Assembly: GCF_037042905.1 (NCBI RefSeq)
Contig: NC_087245.1
Location: 9,302,001 to 9,366,000, forward strand
DNA length: 64,000 nt
DNA from: Lytechinus pictus
Taxonomy: Eukaryota
Reading direction: 5' to 3'
Positions 13,975 through 25,759 of this stretch are shown here, one piece after another. The notes under the pieces are model-generated. The model did not search any database. It had not been told where the DNA came from and saw nothing but the letters and a program-made list of their open reading frames with translations. The translations under genes were made by a program, and so were the position numbers. Every line of letters begins with the position of its first letter. Within the stretch, counting starts at the first letter, position 1.

Positions 13975-15452
13975 ATTTTGTCTAATGTCGAGTTGGACTA
14001 AGATCTAAATGGTCTAATGGACACGACGTCTAATGCCATTCTGTCTAATGACCATGACGTCTAATGCTGTTTGGTCAAATATCATTTCGTCCAATAGCCA
14101 GTTAGTCTAAGAGTCACTCCCTCCAAAAGCCACTTCGTCTAAGAGTCACTTCGTCCAAAAGACTATCCGTGTAAGATTCACTCCGTCCAAAAGCCACTTC
14201 GTGTAAGATTCACTTCGTCCAAAAGCCATTTTGTCTAAGAGCCAATTCATCCAATAGCCACTTTAAGAGCTACTTCATCTAAATGCCACTTCGTCCAATA
14301 AACATTTTGTCCAATAGCCATATAGTCTAAGAGCCACTTCGACCAAATGCTACTTCGTCTAAAAGCCATTTCGTCCAATGGCCACTTCGTCTAAGAGCTA
14401 CTTCATGCAAATGCCACTTCGTTCAATAAAAAATTGTCCAATAGTCATTTCATCAAATAGCCAGTTGGGCCAAAAGCCACTTCGTCCAATAGCCATTTGG
14501 TATAATTTCCTTTGGTTCTCTTCGGTTCAACACCCACTTGGTCCAATTGACAGTTGGTCCAATACCCTCTTGATCTAACTGACAGTTGCTCCAATGCTCA
14601 TATGGCCCAACGCCCATTTGGTCTAATGTGAATAAGTCTACGAAATCGCATGGTAATAACAGATGTGAACTCTCCCGGCTCTTGCCTTTCACGCCCCCTC
14701 ACTTTCCCATGTCAGATAACAATGTAGATAAGTTTTCTCTTCAGATCTCAAAATTGAAAATTTAATTGTTTTCATAAAATTATTTCTCGCTTGCCATTTG
14801 TTTCAAAGGCAACAAAATACACAAAACAAAGCAAAGCAAGAAAAAAACACCAAAAAAGATTAAATTTGAGAAAACTGGACATAAGTTGAATGCGTCGCTA
14901 AGACGGCTATCAAATTCAGGCTAATAAACCGCTATTTGTGTCTAAATAATAGTTGTTCATCCTATATTTGTGTATGTTTCTTTTTCGTCCACCATTTTTA
15001 CCGGGGGTGGGGTATTTACCCTGGATCCACGCATGCCCCTAGTAACGGTTAATAGACCAAGTTGGAATCGGACCAAATGGGCATTGGACCAAGTGGATAT
15101 TGGATCAACTGTCAATTGGACCAAGGTGGGCATTGGACCAAATGTCAATTAGACCAACTGGCAATGAAGTTAGATTAAATTGCTATTGGATGAAGTGTCT
15201 ACTAAACGAAGCGGCATTTACACGAAATGGCTCTTAGAGGAAGTGGCTATTGGACGAAATTGCTCTTATACGGAGTGGCTTTGCACAAAGTGGGTCTTAC
15301 ACGAAATGGAAGACGAAGTGGCTCTTAGACGAAGTGGCTTTTGGACCGACTCTCGGACAAAATGATTATTGAACGAAATGATATTGGACCAAACGGCATT
15401 AAACGACGTGGTCATTGGACGAAATGGCATTGGACGTAGAGGCAAATCACCC
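13975..15452. mobile_element. Foldback-type element: long inverted arms built from 15-16-bp tandem repeats around a spacer of about 420 bp
   Basis: Left arm (about 13975-14630) is tandem GCCACTTCGTC(C/T)AA(A/G/T)A units; right arm (about 15052-15452) is the reverse complement. ACGTCTAATGCCATTCTGTCTAATGACCATGACGTCTAATGCTGTTTGGTCAAATATCATTTCGTCCAATA at about 14026 aligns collinearly with the reverse complement of about 15365-15437. TTGGTCCAATTGACAGTTGGTCCAATA pairs with TATTGGATCAACTGTCAATTGGACCAA. No TSD found. Confidence 0.8.
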
Positions 15453-15493
15453 ACACACACACAGACAAAAATGCCCCTGACTTTGTCTCTAAC

Positions 15494-16093
15494 TTAAAGG
15501 TCAAGTCCACCCCAGGAAAATGCTGACTTGAATAAATGGAGAAAAATCAAACTAGCATAGTGCTGAAAATTTCATCAAAATCGAATGTAAAATAAGAAAG
15601 TTATGACATTTTAAAGTTTCGCTTAGTTTTCCACAAAACAATGATATGCACAACTCGGTGAGTCAGTCGATGATGTCCATCACTCACTATTTTCTTTTGT
15701 TTTTTATTGTTTGAATTATACAATATTTCATTTTTTATAGATTTGACAATAAGGACCAACTTGACTGAACCACATAGTATTAAACATTGCTAATTCGACA
15801 TGTTCAGGGAGGAATTAGTCATTGCTTCACTTGACAATGAGGAGAAAATTAGAATTTTTCATATTTCATATAATAAAATACAAAAGAAATAGTGAGTGGA
15901 TGACGTCATCAGTCTCATCATTTGCATACCAGCCAGGTGTGCATATAACTGTTTTGTGAAATCAAGCAAAATTTTAAAATATCATAACTTTCTTATTTTA
16001 CATCCGATTTTGATGAAATTTTCAGTGTTATGCTTGTTGGATTTTTCTCTTTTTATTAAAATCAACTTTTTGTTGGGGTGGACTTCTCCTTAA
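15494..16093. mobile_element. Non-autonomous T2/Kolobok-type MITE with TTAA TSD
   Basis: TTAA-AGGTCAAGTCCACCCCA ... TGGGGTGGACTTCTCC-TTAA; imperfect inverted arms of about 200 bp (AATTTCATCAAAATCGAATGTAAAATAAGAAAGTTATGA / TCATAACTTTCTTATTTTACATCCGATTTTGATGAAATT). Confidence 0.9.
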
Positions 16094-16536
16094 CTTAACA
16101 TACTTTAAACATTATTTTCTCTATTTTAACCGTCAAATCTGTTTTTTAAGTTGTTACCAAAATGTGCATGTGCAGGCACATTACGTTTTAACGTTATATC
16201 TTTAAAAAGATATGATCGTCATTTTCAAAAGTATAAAAGGCGTCTTTAAAATGTTATTATTATTATTGATCATTGATGGCTCGCGATCTGATCCTACTCT
16301 ACTTAAATGGGGGTGCCGCAAGGTTCGGTCATCGGGCCTGTACTCTTTACATGCTACACGACACTGTTGGAAGATCTTATTCATTCTTATGGTTTCTCGT
16401 CTATGATATATGCTGATGACACACAATAATACATCTCATTCAAGTCTGGACAAGCTCTCCGAATGTTGCAGAAACTGGAATATTGTCTTGGTGCCATTCG
16501 TTCCTGGATGACTGTGAACTATCTACTCCTTAACGA

Positions 16537-16847
16537 CATGGGCGGAAATCCCAAGGGGGACGCGTCCCCCCTACTCAAAATAGTAGGGGGGACACAATAT
16601 CAAATGTCCCCCTACTATTTTTGGTCTTTTGTGATGAAAAGAAATACATCATTCAAAATCGGAATAAAACATGTATTTTGGACGAGATAACCTCAATTTT
16701 GGGCTGATAACTTTTTTTTTTGCTTGTCAAATTGGTTTTGGTCGAAATTACCTTATTTTGGGGTGATAACTTTTTTTTTTTTTTTTTTGCTTTTCAATTT
16801 TTCAGCCACTTGTCCCCCCTACCTTTTGGGAGAGATTTCCGCCCCTG
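16537..16847. mobile_element. hAT-like MITE with a perfect 8-bp TSD, inserted in the L2 ORF
   Basis: TIR CATGGGCGGAAATC / GATTTCCGCCCCTG (13/14 match); TSD CTTAACGA at 16529-16536 and 16848-16855; removing the element and one TSD copy restores the RT frame. Confidence 0.92.
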
Positions 16848-17077
16848 CTTAACGATAACGAGATGGAAGTCCCGCATCTATCCTCCCATCGTAGACATAC
16901 CCCTGAGCTACCTCAAATTCAAATTGCAAATGTTCATATACATCCCTCTAAAATGGTTACTAACTTAGGTGTTTTGTTTGACAAAAACCTTTCAATGGGT
17001 CTCCATGTCAACAGCGTCTGTCGTAAGGCATCCTTCGCCCTAAGAAAGATTAGTAAAATTCGTAAATATCTCTCTAA

Positions 17078-17598
17078 GGCTGCGTTTATCCGACCTCAAG
17101 CCAGAATCGTGATTTGAATCATGATTGGAATAATGATTCAAATCACAAACATGAATCACAATTACTACAGAATTAGGGTTTAGACGACCTTCGTTCCAAC
17201 GCTGTTTCTCCTCGGATTCGGACCGATCCAGTGCGCATCACAGTGCGCAGTTTGACCCAGGAAGTATAGGTCAACGTTGGACACTTAATTGGAGGTCGGC
17301 GACGTACATGTGATGTGACAACGTGGGGCGCGCGCCTTGGCAAGAACCGGAAATAGCTCGACACAATGACGTCATATAATCATGATTCAAATCACGATAT
17401 CGTTTATCCGAACATTTTCGTACGTGATTCTGCAGAAACGTCTTTCCAAACGCCCTTTTTTTCGTAGTTCATGTTTGTGATTCTAATCATGATTATATTC
17501 AATTTCGACTAAACGCAATCGTGATTCTGCAGAATCGTGATTTGAATCATGATTGGAATCATGATTATAGGGTAAAAAAGTGGCGGATAAACGCACCC
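17078..17598. mobile_element. PIF/Harbinger-like MITE inserted in the L2 ORF
   Basis: TIR GGCTGCGTTTATCCG / CGGATAAACGCACCC (14/15 match); flanks TAA / ATA (imperfect 3-bp TSD); repeated subterminal AATC(G/A)TGATT motifs; the RT frame resumes after it (YLSK|SSIEVVIHAF). Confidence 0.85.
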
Positions 17599-18234
17599 AT
17601 AGTCATCTATTGAAGTCGTCATTCATGCATTTATTAGTTCACTTCTTGACAGTTGCCATAGCCTTCTCCATGAAATTTCAGAAAAGGATATTTCTAAGCT
17701 GCAGAGAATTCAAAACTCTGCAGTCGTCTAGTTTCCCTCACTAAAAATCATGACCATATAACACCTACTCTTAAACAATTGCACTGGCCCCCATCAAATT
17801 TCATATACAATTCAAAATTCTACTCCTAACATTCAAATCTCTTCATGGACATGCTCCAAAATATCTCTCTGAATTAATCCAGGCATATACTCCCAGTAGG
17901 TCCCTTCGTTCTGCTAATCAAACATTTCTTAACAGTAAAAAAAAAAAAAAAAAAACTTTTGGTGATAGGTCCTATTCAAGCTCTACCCACGTCTTTGGAA
18001 TACTTTTCCAGCTTCCATCCGTTGTATCCCAAATATCACATCGTTTCGATCCAATTTAAAGACGTATCTTATAAAGAAAGCATATTCAACATAGCCCCAT
18101 CTACAGTGTCCTTGATATTTTTTAATATTTTTGTTATGTGATTTATAATTTCACTTTTGTTTGTTTATTTCGTGTGTTCTACATTATAAAGCACTTTGAT
18201 ATGGATTTCATGAAAAGCGCTATATAAGACTAAG

Positions 18235-18320
18235 TTATTATTATTATCATTGTTATTATTATCATTATTATTATTATCATTCTTATTATTATTGTTATCA
18301 TTATTTTTATTGTTATTTTT
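18235..18320. repeat. (TTA/TCA)n microsatellite shared by the L2 tail and the SINE tail
   Basis: Imperfect triplet run between the two elements. Confidence 0.9.
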
Positions 18321-18690
18321 GGGCGTCACCTGTGCCTGAGAGGCGAAAAGCGAACTGAATCATTGTGACCCGCAGGTCTCTACTCCCGTATAACTGATTG
18401 GGGGAGTGCAGGTGGACCACTACACCGGGGTTTCCCCCTATTCTTATACGACTAGTGCAGTGGGTTCTTAACGTGCAAAGGTGGTGACTCTCCCCTACTA
18501 GGGGTCTCCATTTAACGTCCTATCCGATGGACGGAGTGTTTTCCACTGTAACACCATAGCCTGCATCTATGGAACAGGGGAGAGACGTTTACGCACAACG
18601 CACTGGCTTCAGTAATCCGCCTGGGTGGACTCGAACCCACGATCTCTGGTTCGACAGGCAGACGCTTTACCTACTGAGCCAACTTCGCTC
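18321..18690 (-). mobile_element. tRNA-derived SINE with a Deu/Nin central domain (DeuSINE type), near full length
   Basis: Minus strand: A-box TGGCTCAGTAGG and B-box GGTTCGAGTCC. The middle CCGTCCATCGGATAGGACGTTAAATGGAG...CACGTTAAGAACCCACTGCAC...TAGGGGGAAACCCCGGTGT resembles the Deu domain as I recall it from SINE3/AmnSINE1. AAT-repeat tail. Confidence 0.88.
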
Positions 18691-19792
18691 TCCAGATAAA
18701 TATCATGATATTTCCAATTCACAGAATGAAATTCTCTTAAATTATTTTATTTATAATTACTCTTCATTAATTAACAAATTTTGACGATGAAATAAAAATG
18801 ATATCCAATCTAGAAGGAATCATGGAAGTTTCTATATACCGATGATGCTGAAAAACTCAAGTGACTGTCTTTTTATACCTACCTGCCTACGGTGATTCTC
18901 AAGTGAAAGGCAAAATAAGTACTAGTTTGCTGAAATTGGGCCCAGCGTTTATATTTATGTTCATTTAATCTATATGTTCATATTATGAATATCTTACTAT
19001 TTTAGTATTTATTTGTTGCGAGGTTATTTCTTGTTTTGATTATTTGACTGTTCGGGTTGTTCTTTGTTATACATTGACTTATTGATTCATATCTCTTTAT
19101 TATCTTAAAAAGTTAAGTTTTTAATCATATATTTCCTGTTCATTTATCATGTGGTGGTTTCGATTTAAAAAATACGTGACCCATATAAATCCTTATAGGG
19201 AGCTTATAAAATACAACAACTGAATACCTTACCACCTCAAATGTCCTTGTAACCGCCAAGGTATGTATCGCTATGGCTTGTTAGCCAATTTAGGCGCTAG
19301 AAAATCCAGATATGGGCCGTAGTTATGGGATATAAGGGAGTGAGATGGAGAGACAGGTAAGAGAAAACAAGAAAAGGGCAAGAGAGTGGGTCTGAAATAT
19401 TCATCTGCCCTGTCGTCAGAAATCGCCTCCAATTAGGAGCAAAGCTTGAAGATGATGCGAGATGATTGGTTATATCTCCTCACCCGATGTTCAGGGAGAA
19501 AGGGAAAGAGAGAAGATTAAGAGAGAAGAAGGTAGCAGGCTCACAGATTGAGGGTACCCTGTATCTCATTGTACACCCATCATGCTTATGATATAGCTTT
19601 GACCAGAAAGGTTTTTGTAATAATACAAATCGTTTCTTTTCTTGACAAATTTTGTCGTAACTTAAAATATAAGATGCATATATTTGATATTTTTTGGTGT
19701 ATAATGCTTTGGGGACCTATGCCCCATTTCCAGTTGCATACTTCTGTGTCTGCCTTTTGGCTGGAACGGGGATGTTTAAGGACGGAAAAACA

Positions 19793-19905
19793 CCCCCCCC
19801 CCCCAAAAAAAAAAAAAAAAAATAAAATAAAATAAAATAAAATAAAATGAAATAAATGAAATAAAATAAATAATTAAATAAATAAATTTAAAAAAAAATA
19901 AAAAA
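19793..19905. repeat. Poly-C / poly-A / (TAAAA)n low-complexity tract
   Basis: C run, then an A run, then TAAAA and TAAA repeats. Confidence 0.9.
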
Positions 19906-21470
19906 CGAGTTGGTGATATGATGGAAGACAGAGGGGAAAAAGAAAAACATGTGAGAGGAAGTACACAGAGGGAAGGAGGAAGTATGTGCTGTATGGGTAT
20001 GGGGGTGCGTGGGTGAGGGTGCGTGTGTATGAGGGTATGTATTTGTATGAGAGAGACAGAAAGAGGGGCAGACAGACAGAGATTGAAAAAAATAAAGAGG
20101 GAAAAAAACATAAAACTAAAAATCTTTACTTTATTCATTTTGTTTAATGAAAGTTCTACCTATTCTACAAATATCTGTAAATAAAACAATTTTATATCTA
20201 AACTTCCACTCTGAACTGTTCAATTCATGGTCATAATCCCAGGAATGCTCAAAATACCTACCTTCGTCTTAACCATACATCGATAAAACAAATACTCAAT
20301 TTTCTTTAATATTCCAATTCTTTGTAACAACCTTCAATTCCATTTTAGGAATACTCAGACAGTAAAAACAAAATCAAACCTATATATAAACGACTCCTAT
20401 TTTATTTTACCTGTTTTACGCAGAAATAATTCATGTGTGTTTCATTCTTTCCTTTTACTATCGGCCATGACCTTTTTATTTCGTGTTACTCATTGTAATA
20501 ATTTTCTTTGTAATGTTGTCTTATTGTAAAAAGGTCATTCTTAATAAGTCATAGTTGTGCTTATTATGATTCCTTTCAACCCCCCCCCCTCTCTCTCTCT
20601 CTCTCAAACTTTCCATCCCTCTCCGTCCTTCTCTCTCAATTCTTACCATTTTATTTTGTTTTCTCATTTTGATTCTTATACTGGCAATTAATTTATTCTT
20701 TTGTTTAGCTTTGCTTTTTATTTTATAATGAAATGTTTTTTGTTTTGTTTTCTTCACGTTTTGCACTTTATGAGGATGTATTGAACTAAAAATGCAGGTC
20801 CCTGTGGAAGAAAAGATGATTTTCTTTAATTGAACATTTGTGTTATTTAATATATTTTTTCATAGAACTGAACAGGCTACTCTGGATTAGGATTTGCTAT
20901 GATATATAAATGACTTAATTAGACTTAACTAGTCTTGATTAGTCATGCGAAATTCATTTCAATGATACACAAATATTTGCCAACTCTCAAGAAATCTCCA
21001 TTAAAATATTTTTTCATAGGTGGATAAGAGGGAAATAAAAAAAAGGGGAAGAACAAAAAAGAGAATAAAAAATAAAGTGGAACATGCAACTGTTATTTAA
21101 TGGATAGAGACAATGGCGTCATCCGCAGGTCATCTCGCCCTTATACCCTGACGTTACCCGCTGGTTAATTGAAACCGTATCAATATGATTACAAATGTAC
21201 TACTGTAGTGTATATTTACCAAATTTATAGTACTAACTTCTGTAAGGATCGTTAATGTTCAAGAAAAGTTCTTTTCTCGAGAGCCGATCTCGTCTTATGC
21301 ACATTAGCCATGTTAGCGCTTAAGATGGTAGTGAAAAGCTAGCAAGTGAGAAACTACGTGATACCACCTGGCGTCCATTTCTGTAAGTAGGCCTAACAAT
21401 TATCTATTCTCATTATTCTTTAATTTATAATTATCGTTTTCTACAAACTCTAGGTCATTACACAGCCGAG

Positions 21471-21704
21471 AATGGCCGTACGCAGCGAGAGGGGGGCAAG
21501 GGGCAGTTACCCCCTCCACGAAATTTTGAAAACTTACATTATTTACTGACAATTTTCGCAAAATTCACCGAAAGTATGCACGATATCTTATAAATACAAA
21601 ATGCAAAAGCGCCCCATTGATAAACTTTTTCGATTTTGTTTGGGGGAGTTAACTCGTCCTGCCCACCCCCCCCCCCAACAAAAACAATTATTCGTATGGC
21701 CAAG
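21471..21704. mobile_element. Degenerate GC-rich-end MITE
   Basis: ATGGCCGTACG ... CGTATGGCCAAG imperfect TIR with subterminal G/C runs like those of the other short MITEs; no clear TSD. Confidence 0.5.
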
Positions 21705-23438
21705 CAACTCAGAAACATGTAATTTTGACATTATGTTCCACTGCATGGGTTCAGAATCATAGTTTCATTTTCTTTTCTTTTAATCTCTGCTTATATCGAC
21801 GAATATAACCCAGCATGCTGTATGTACATCTCCTCTCCTGCAATGACAAATCGTGGAAAAAGTTTTGGAACACCTTGTACAAGCTACACATGAACCGTAA
21901 ATTGCAATGGACACCCTTGTTCTCCTTATTCTTGTTCTCCTTATAGGGAAGACCAGTTTACATGCAGTCATTAGAGATCCTACCCATCACGCCTAGACCA
22001 TCTCGGAGACCATGACCGCATTCTCCTGCTTTTTTTCACAAGTCGAAACCCAAACGAGACTGGTTGATTAATCCTGACTTAAAACATTACGCCAGAAACA
22101 AAAGCAAGGTCGTCTCTTGGACTGGCGGATCCATTCATATGCTGTCTTCACCCGACATTTCATCGCCTCTTCTCATCACTTCACCCCTTATTCCATCTTG
22201 GTAGTGAATGGTGACCGTATTTTTAATCTCATGTTAGCCTCTGGGTGAGAGAACTCGACCAGTTAGGTATGGGATCTTGTAATTAAACTTGACTCAAGAC
22301 CGCATTGCATACAAATACAGCTAAGGTCATATTGTAGAGAGGGCTGGGAAATCTATCCATCATGATCTCGCCCTCTACAATTATTAACCCTCATTTTAAA
22401 TCAGAGTCTATATGTGTCTTTGTCGAAATATCTCACCTTATCCCTTCAATCCAACCAATCTTATTCTCCCTTTTTCGTATTCCTTATTTTCACGAAGCTG
22501 TGTATGATACTAATAATGGGCCTGGGAAGCGGGCTGCCATAGTTACATACCATAGGCAGCTCCAATGTGGTTGATAGCACAATTCTTTTTTTCCAACCCA
22601 GCTCCCCCTCTTCAAAAATCCTAACTAATCCCCTTGGTACTAATGTATGATTGGTTATGAGGTTGGGCTCATATACTTTTTTACGGTTTTCAACCATCCC
22701 CACCCCACCACATTTTTTTCCATCCACTGAAGTTTTCTATGTCGATTTATATATTCATTTAATCCATCTATCATACTGTCTATATTTACCTCTTGTTTTT
22801 TATTTCCCATTTGTGTTTTCTTTTCTTTCTTTTTTTAATTTCTTCAGCGCTTTATTAACATTTTGCTTCTTTCTCAGATTATTTTCTCTCTCCTTCATTT
22901 TATGTCAGTGAAGTTGAACTCCACCCGTCTCCCCCATTTCTCCCTATCTCTCTTTCTCTCCCCTCTTTTCCTGTTTTCCACTATCTCATTCACCCTCTAA
23001 TACTTTCAACATGCGTCTTCTTCCCTTTTTAGCTCTCTTCACATGAACAATGATGGCAATTCCTTCTTACAATTCTTAGCCTTGAACTTCTTGCCGGTGG
23101 ACGTGGCTTGTCTCTACCCCGTCACTTTAGATAACTCTCCGCCGACGCTACTGGCCTGGTTAACTCATACAAGTCTCGCTTCGCGGCCATTCCTACCCTT
23201 ATTGGAAGTGACCAAGAGGGTGAAAAAGAACAGCCTTATAATGAATCTGGTTCTTGAAGGAAGTGAGGCCTTTCGCCTCCCCTCTGGAAGGTGGTTAATC
23301 ACTATGCAGTCAGGTAGCTTCCCTGATCTCTGAACTGATTAACCTAATATAATGGAATCTTTTTAATCGTATACCAATGGAACAGACTTTGGTATAGCAA
23401 GTCAACACCAAGATCCCTCAGATATATTGCTAATATGC

Positions 23439-23726
23439 CAGGGGCGGATCCAGCTTTTTATAAAGGGGGGGGGTTGGGGTGGTATGCGAGGGAGCGTAGC
23501 GACCGAGTCCAAGCGAGCGGAGCGAGCGAGGGGGGAGGGTGTGGGAGGGGGGTGTCCCCCCTCCCACAGTAGGGAAATTTTTTGAAAAATAAATACATAG
23601 AAATATAATAAAATAAAATTACAAGTTAAAAAAAAAAGATAAGATTTAAAAAAATGGTCCCCGGATTTTTTTTTTTTTGGGGGGGGGGTTGCAACCCCCC
23701 CAACCCCCCCTCTAGATCCGCTTCTG
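23439..23726. mobile_element. CAGGGGCGGATCC-type MITE
   Basis: TIR CAGGGGCGGATCCAG / CTAGATCCGCTTCTG; flanked by TATGC direct repeats; internal GAGCGAGC motifs and G/C runs. Confidence 0.85.
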
Positions 23727-24223
23727 TATGCTAGATGGAGAAAAAGGCCAATGGTGAGAAGTGTCAGATATTAAATTTTCTGATAGAATACATGTAACTG
23801 CGGATACAAATTTTACTTCTTTTACGTCATCTTTCTGTTCATTGAATTTGGCGCCATTTTGACTGAGAGTATGAAAGAGTGAAGCTGTAACTGAGATCTG
23901 ACGAAGTAAAACGGAACTGGATAATTCCAAAATTCATTTTGTATCAACATGATCAAATTGGAAACAACTTGACAATACACGTTTTCGATGTGATAACTCT
24001 CTCCAGACCTTCTGGGTTATTTCGGAAGTAATTTATTTTTTAGCTTTATTAGTGCTATATAAGCAAAAGATTAGCTAAATATCACCAAGGATTATGAGTC
24101 AAAACTCTCAAGTATTCTATATTTGCTTCCGATCCATTCTCTTGTCAAATCATTCAAGGTCAAGGTTATTTTCCACTATAGGGAAAGTGATATTCCAGTG
24201 ATCCGTAGCTGAACACCCCCGAC

Positions 24224-24384
24224 CAGTGGCGTACCTAGGGTTTTCCACAGGGGGGGGGCATATTCGTCCGCCAAAAAAAAAAAAAAGTCTTCAAGACTCG
24301 TCAGGGGGGCAGGGATATGTCCCTTGCATGGGTTGTGACTCGTCAGGGGGGGCAGCCTGCCCCCCCCCCGTAGGTACGCTAGTG
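24224..24384. mobile_element. hAT-like MITE with an 8-bp TSD
   Basis: TIR CAGTGGCGTACCTA / TAGGTACGCTAGTG; TSD CCCCCGAC / CCCTCGAC (7/8 match); internal direct repeat GACTCGTCAGGGGG. Confidence 0.85.
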
Positions 24385-24425
24385 CCCTCGACATAAAATG
24401 ATATGAAATAGATGTAATCATCGTG

Positions 24426-24613
24426 CACTCCAAAAACACTCCAAAAATTTTACCAAATATTGGGTAAAAAGGGAACATGCATGTTTGCTGGGTTTTTTAC
24501 CCTATATTGGGCTGTTTCAACGCAACATTGCGTAAAGTTTACAAAATATTTTACCCAACCAACATGCATGTTCCCATTTTAACCAATATCGGGTAAACCC
24601 GTTATTTAGAGTG
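24426..24613. mobile_element. CAC-terminal MITE with a 2-bp TSD (EnSpm/CACTA-like)
   Basis: TG-CACTCCAAAAAC ... GTTATTTAGAGTG-TG; internal inverted repeat ATATTGGGTAAAAAGGGAACATGCATGTT / AACATGCATGTTCCCATTTTAACCAATAT. Confidence 0.8.
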
Positions 24614-25124
24614 TGGGGCATTGATGCTATGCTGTATTCTTCCTTAATCCGGCTTCGAAAACAGGCTTTCTTTCTATTCACCGGTGCCAAGACTGTGACG
24701 TCATCACGGTCATTTTTGTGTTAGAAGCCATGTAATTTTTAGGTTTGTATGCAAGTAAGCAGCACGATTTTTCTTCTTTTCAGATTACGCGTTTTATTTT
24801 TCATCATTTCTGTCCCGTAGAGAATATATTTTCCTGCAAACTTGAATTGATGAAATCTACAACTTTGGACTAGATTTTGCCATATTTTATTTCCTGCTTA
24901 TTTAGATTATATATGAAAAAATCCTGACAAAGCAATTTAGGTCCAATAAGAGCCAAACAAAAAAATCACAAAATTCTAATGATTCTAATTTATGCACTAA
25001 ATAACAGTCACTGTCATTTTCATCTGCAAAAAAAAACGAATTAATTTTCTGCAAATTCTTAGACCATCCGACTTAAAATTTTGTATTTCACAATATTCAT
25101 TGAACCCCAAATTACATCTTTGTC

Positions 25125-25470
25125 GAAGCGTGGTGTAGCGGTTCTGACTGTCGCCTTTTAATCAGAGGGTCGGGTGTTCGAATCCCGGGCGGCCTAGCGT
25201 CCTTTGGCAAGGCGTCAAGCGACACTTTGCCACTCTCCAGCCAGGTGTTAGATGGGTATGCGATATGATGCAAAAGCCTATGTAGTATGCCTAGCAATTG
25301 AGTCTTGGAACGCTTGTTGAAATACTCCCCAGGGAGTTGAGAAAGTGCATACACTGTGTGCGGGCATGCCAGGATCCGACAGGGGTAACAATAACTGCAA
25401 TGTAAAGCGCTAAGAAACAAAATTGTATTAAGCGCTTTTTAAATGTAACTATTATTTTTATTTTTATTAT
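25125..25470 (+). mobile_element. tRNA-derived SINE with an L2-type 3' tail
   Basis: A-box TGGTGTAGCGG and B-box GTTCGAATCCC; CORE-like CCTTTGGCAAGGC segment; tail TGTAAAGCGCT...AAGCGCTTTTTAAATGTAACTATTATT. Confidence 0.88.
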
Positions 25471-25514
25471 CTATTTAACATAGTTATCAATGTTAGCCTA
25501 TGAAAGTTAATTTA

Positions 25515-25759
25515 CTCTCTAAATTGCATGGATTTGAATTAAATCCAGGTGGACTGTAGTTAGAGATCAATCGGATTCTGGAATTAGATTAAATCCTACA
25601 AAAATATATTTAAATCACAAAGGATTTAAATTCAAATGCCTACAGATTTAAAATTAATTCTTAAAAGGATTAAAATTCAAATCCCTCCAGATTTATTTTT
25701 GGATTAAAATATAAAAAAAAGTTCATCTGGATTTATTACAATCCTTGCAATTTAGAGTG
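25515..25759. mobile_element. CAC-terminal MITE with a TA TSD
   Basis: TA-CTCTCTAAATTGCATGGATT ... AATCCTTGCAATTTAGAGTG-TA; internal GGATTT/AAATCC repeats. Confidence 0.8.

Larger units (their letters stand above)
16270..18245 (+). pseudogene. 5'-truncated, decayed L2-clade (CR1 group) LINE: reverse transcriptase C-terminal half plus 3' tail, interrupted by two MITEs
   Basis: Manual translation across frameshifts gives [131 protein letters not shown] and TFGDRSYS. The 3' end AAGCGCTATATAAG...TTATTATT is typical of L2 tails. Confidence 0.93.

Noticed and set aside
14030..14500. Regularly spaced repeats that might suggest a CRISPR array
   Set aside because: The units are contiguous 15-16-bp tandem repeats with no unique spacers, there are no cas genes, and the context is eukaryotic.
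18615..18690. tRNA gene
   Set aside because: The tRNA-like segment continues into a Deu domain and a repeat tail, so it is a SINE head. The same applies to 25125-25195.
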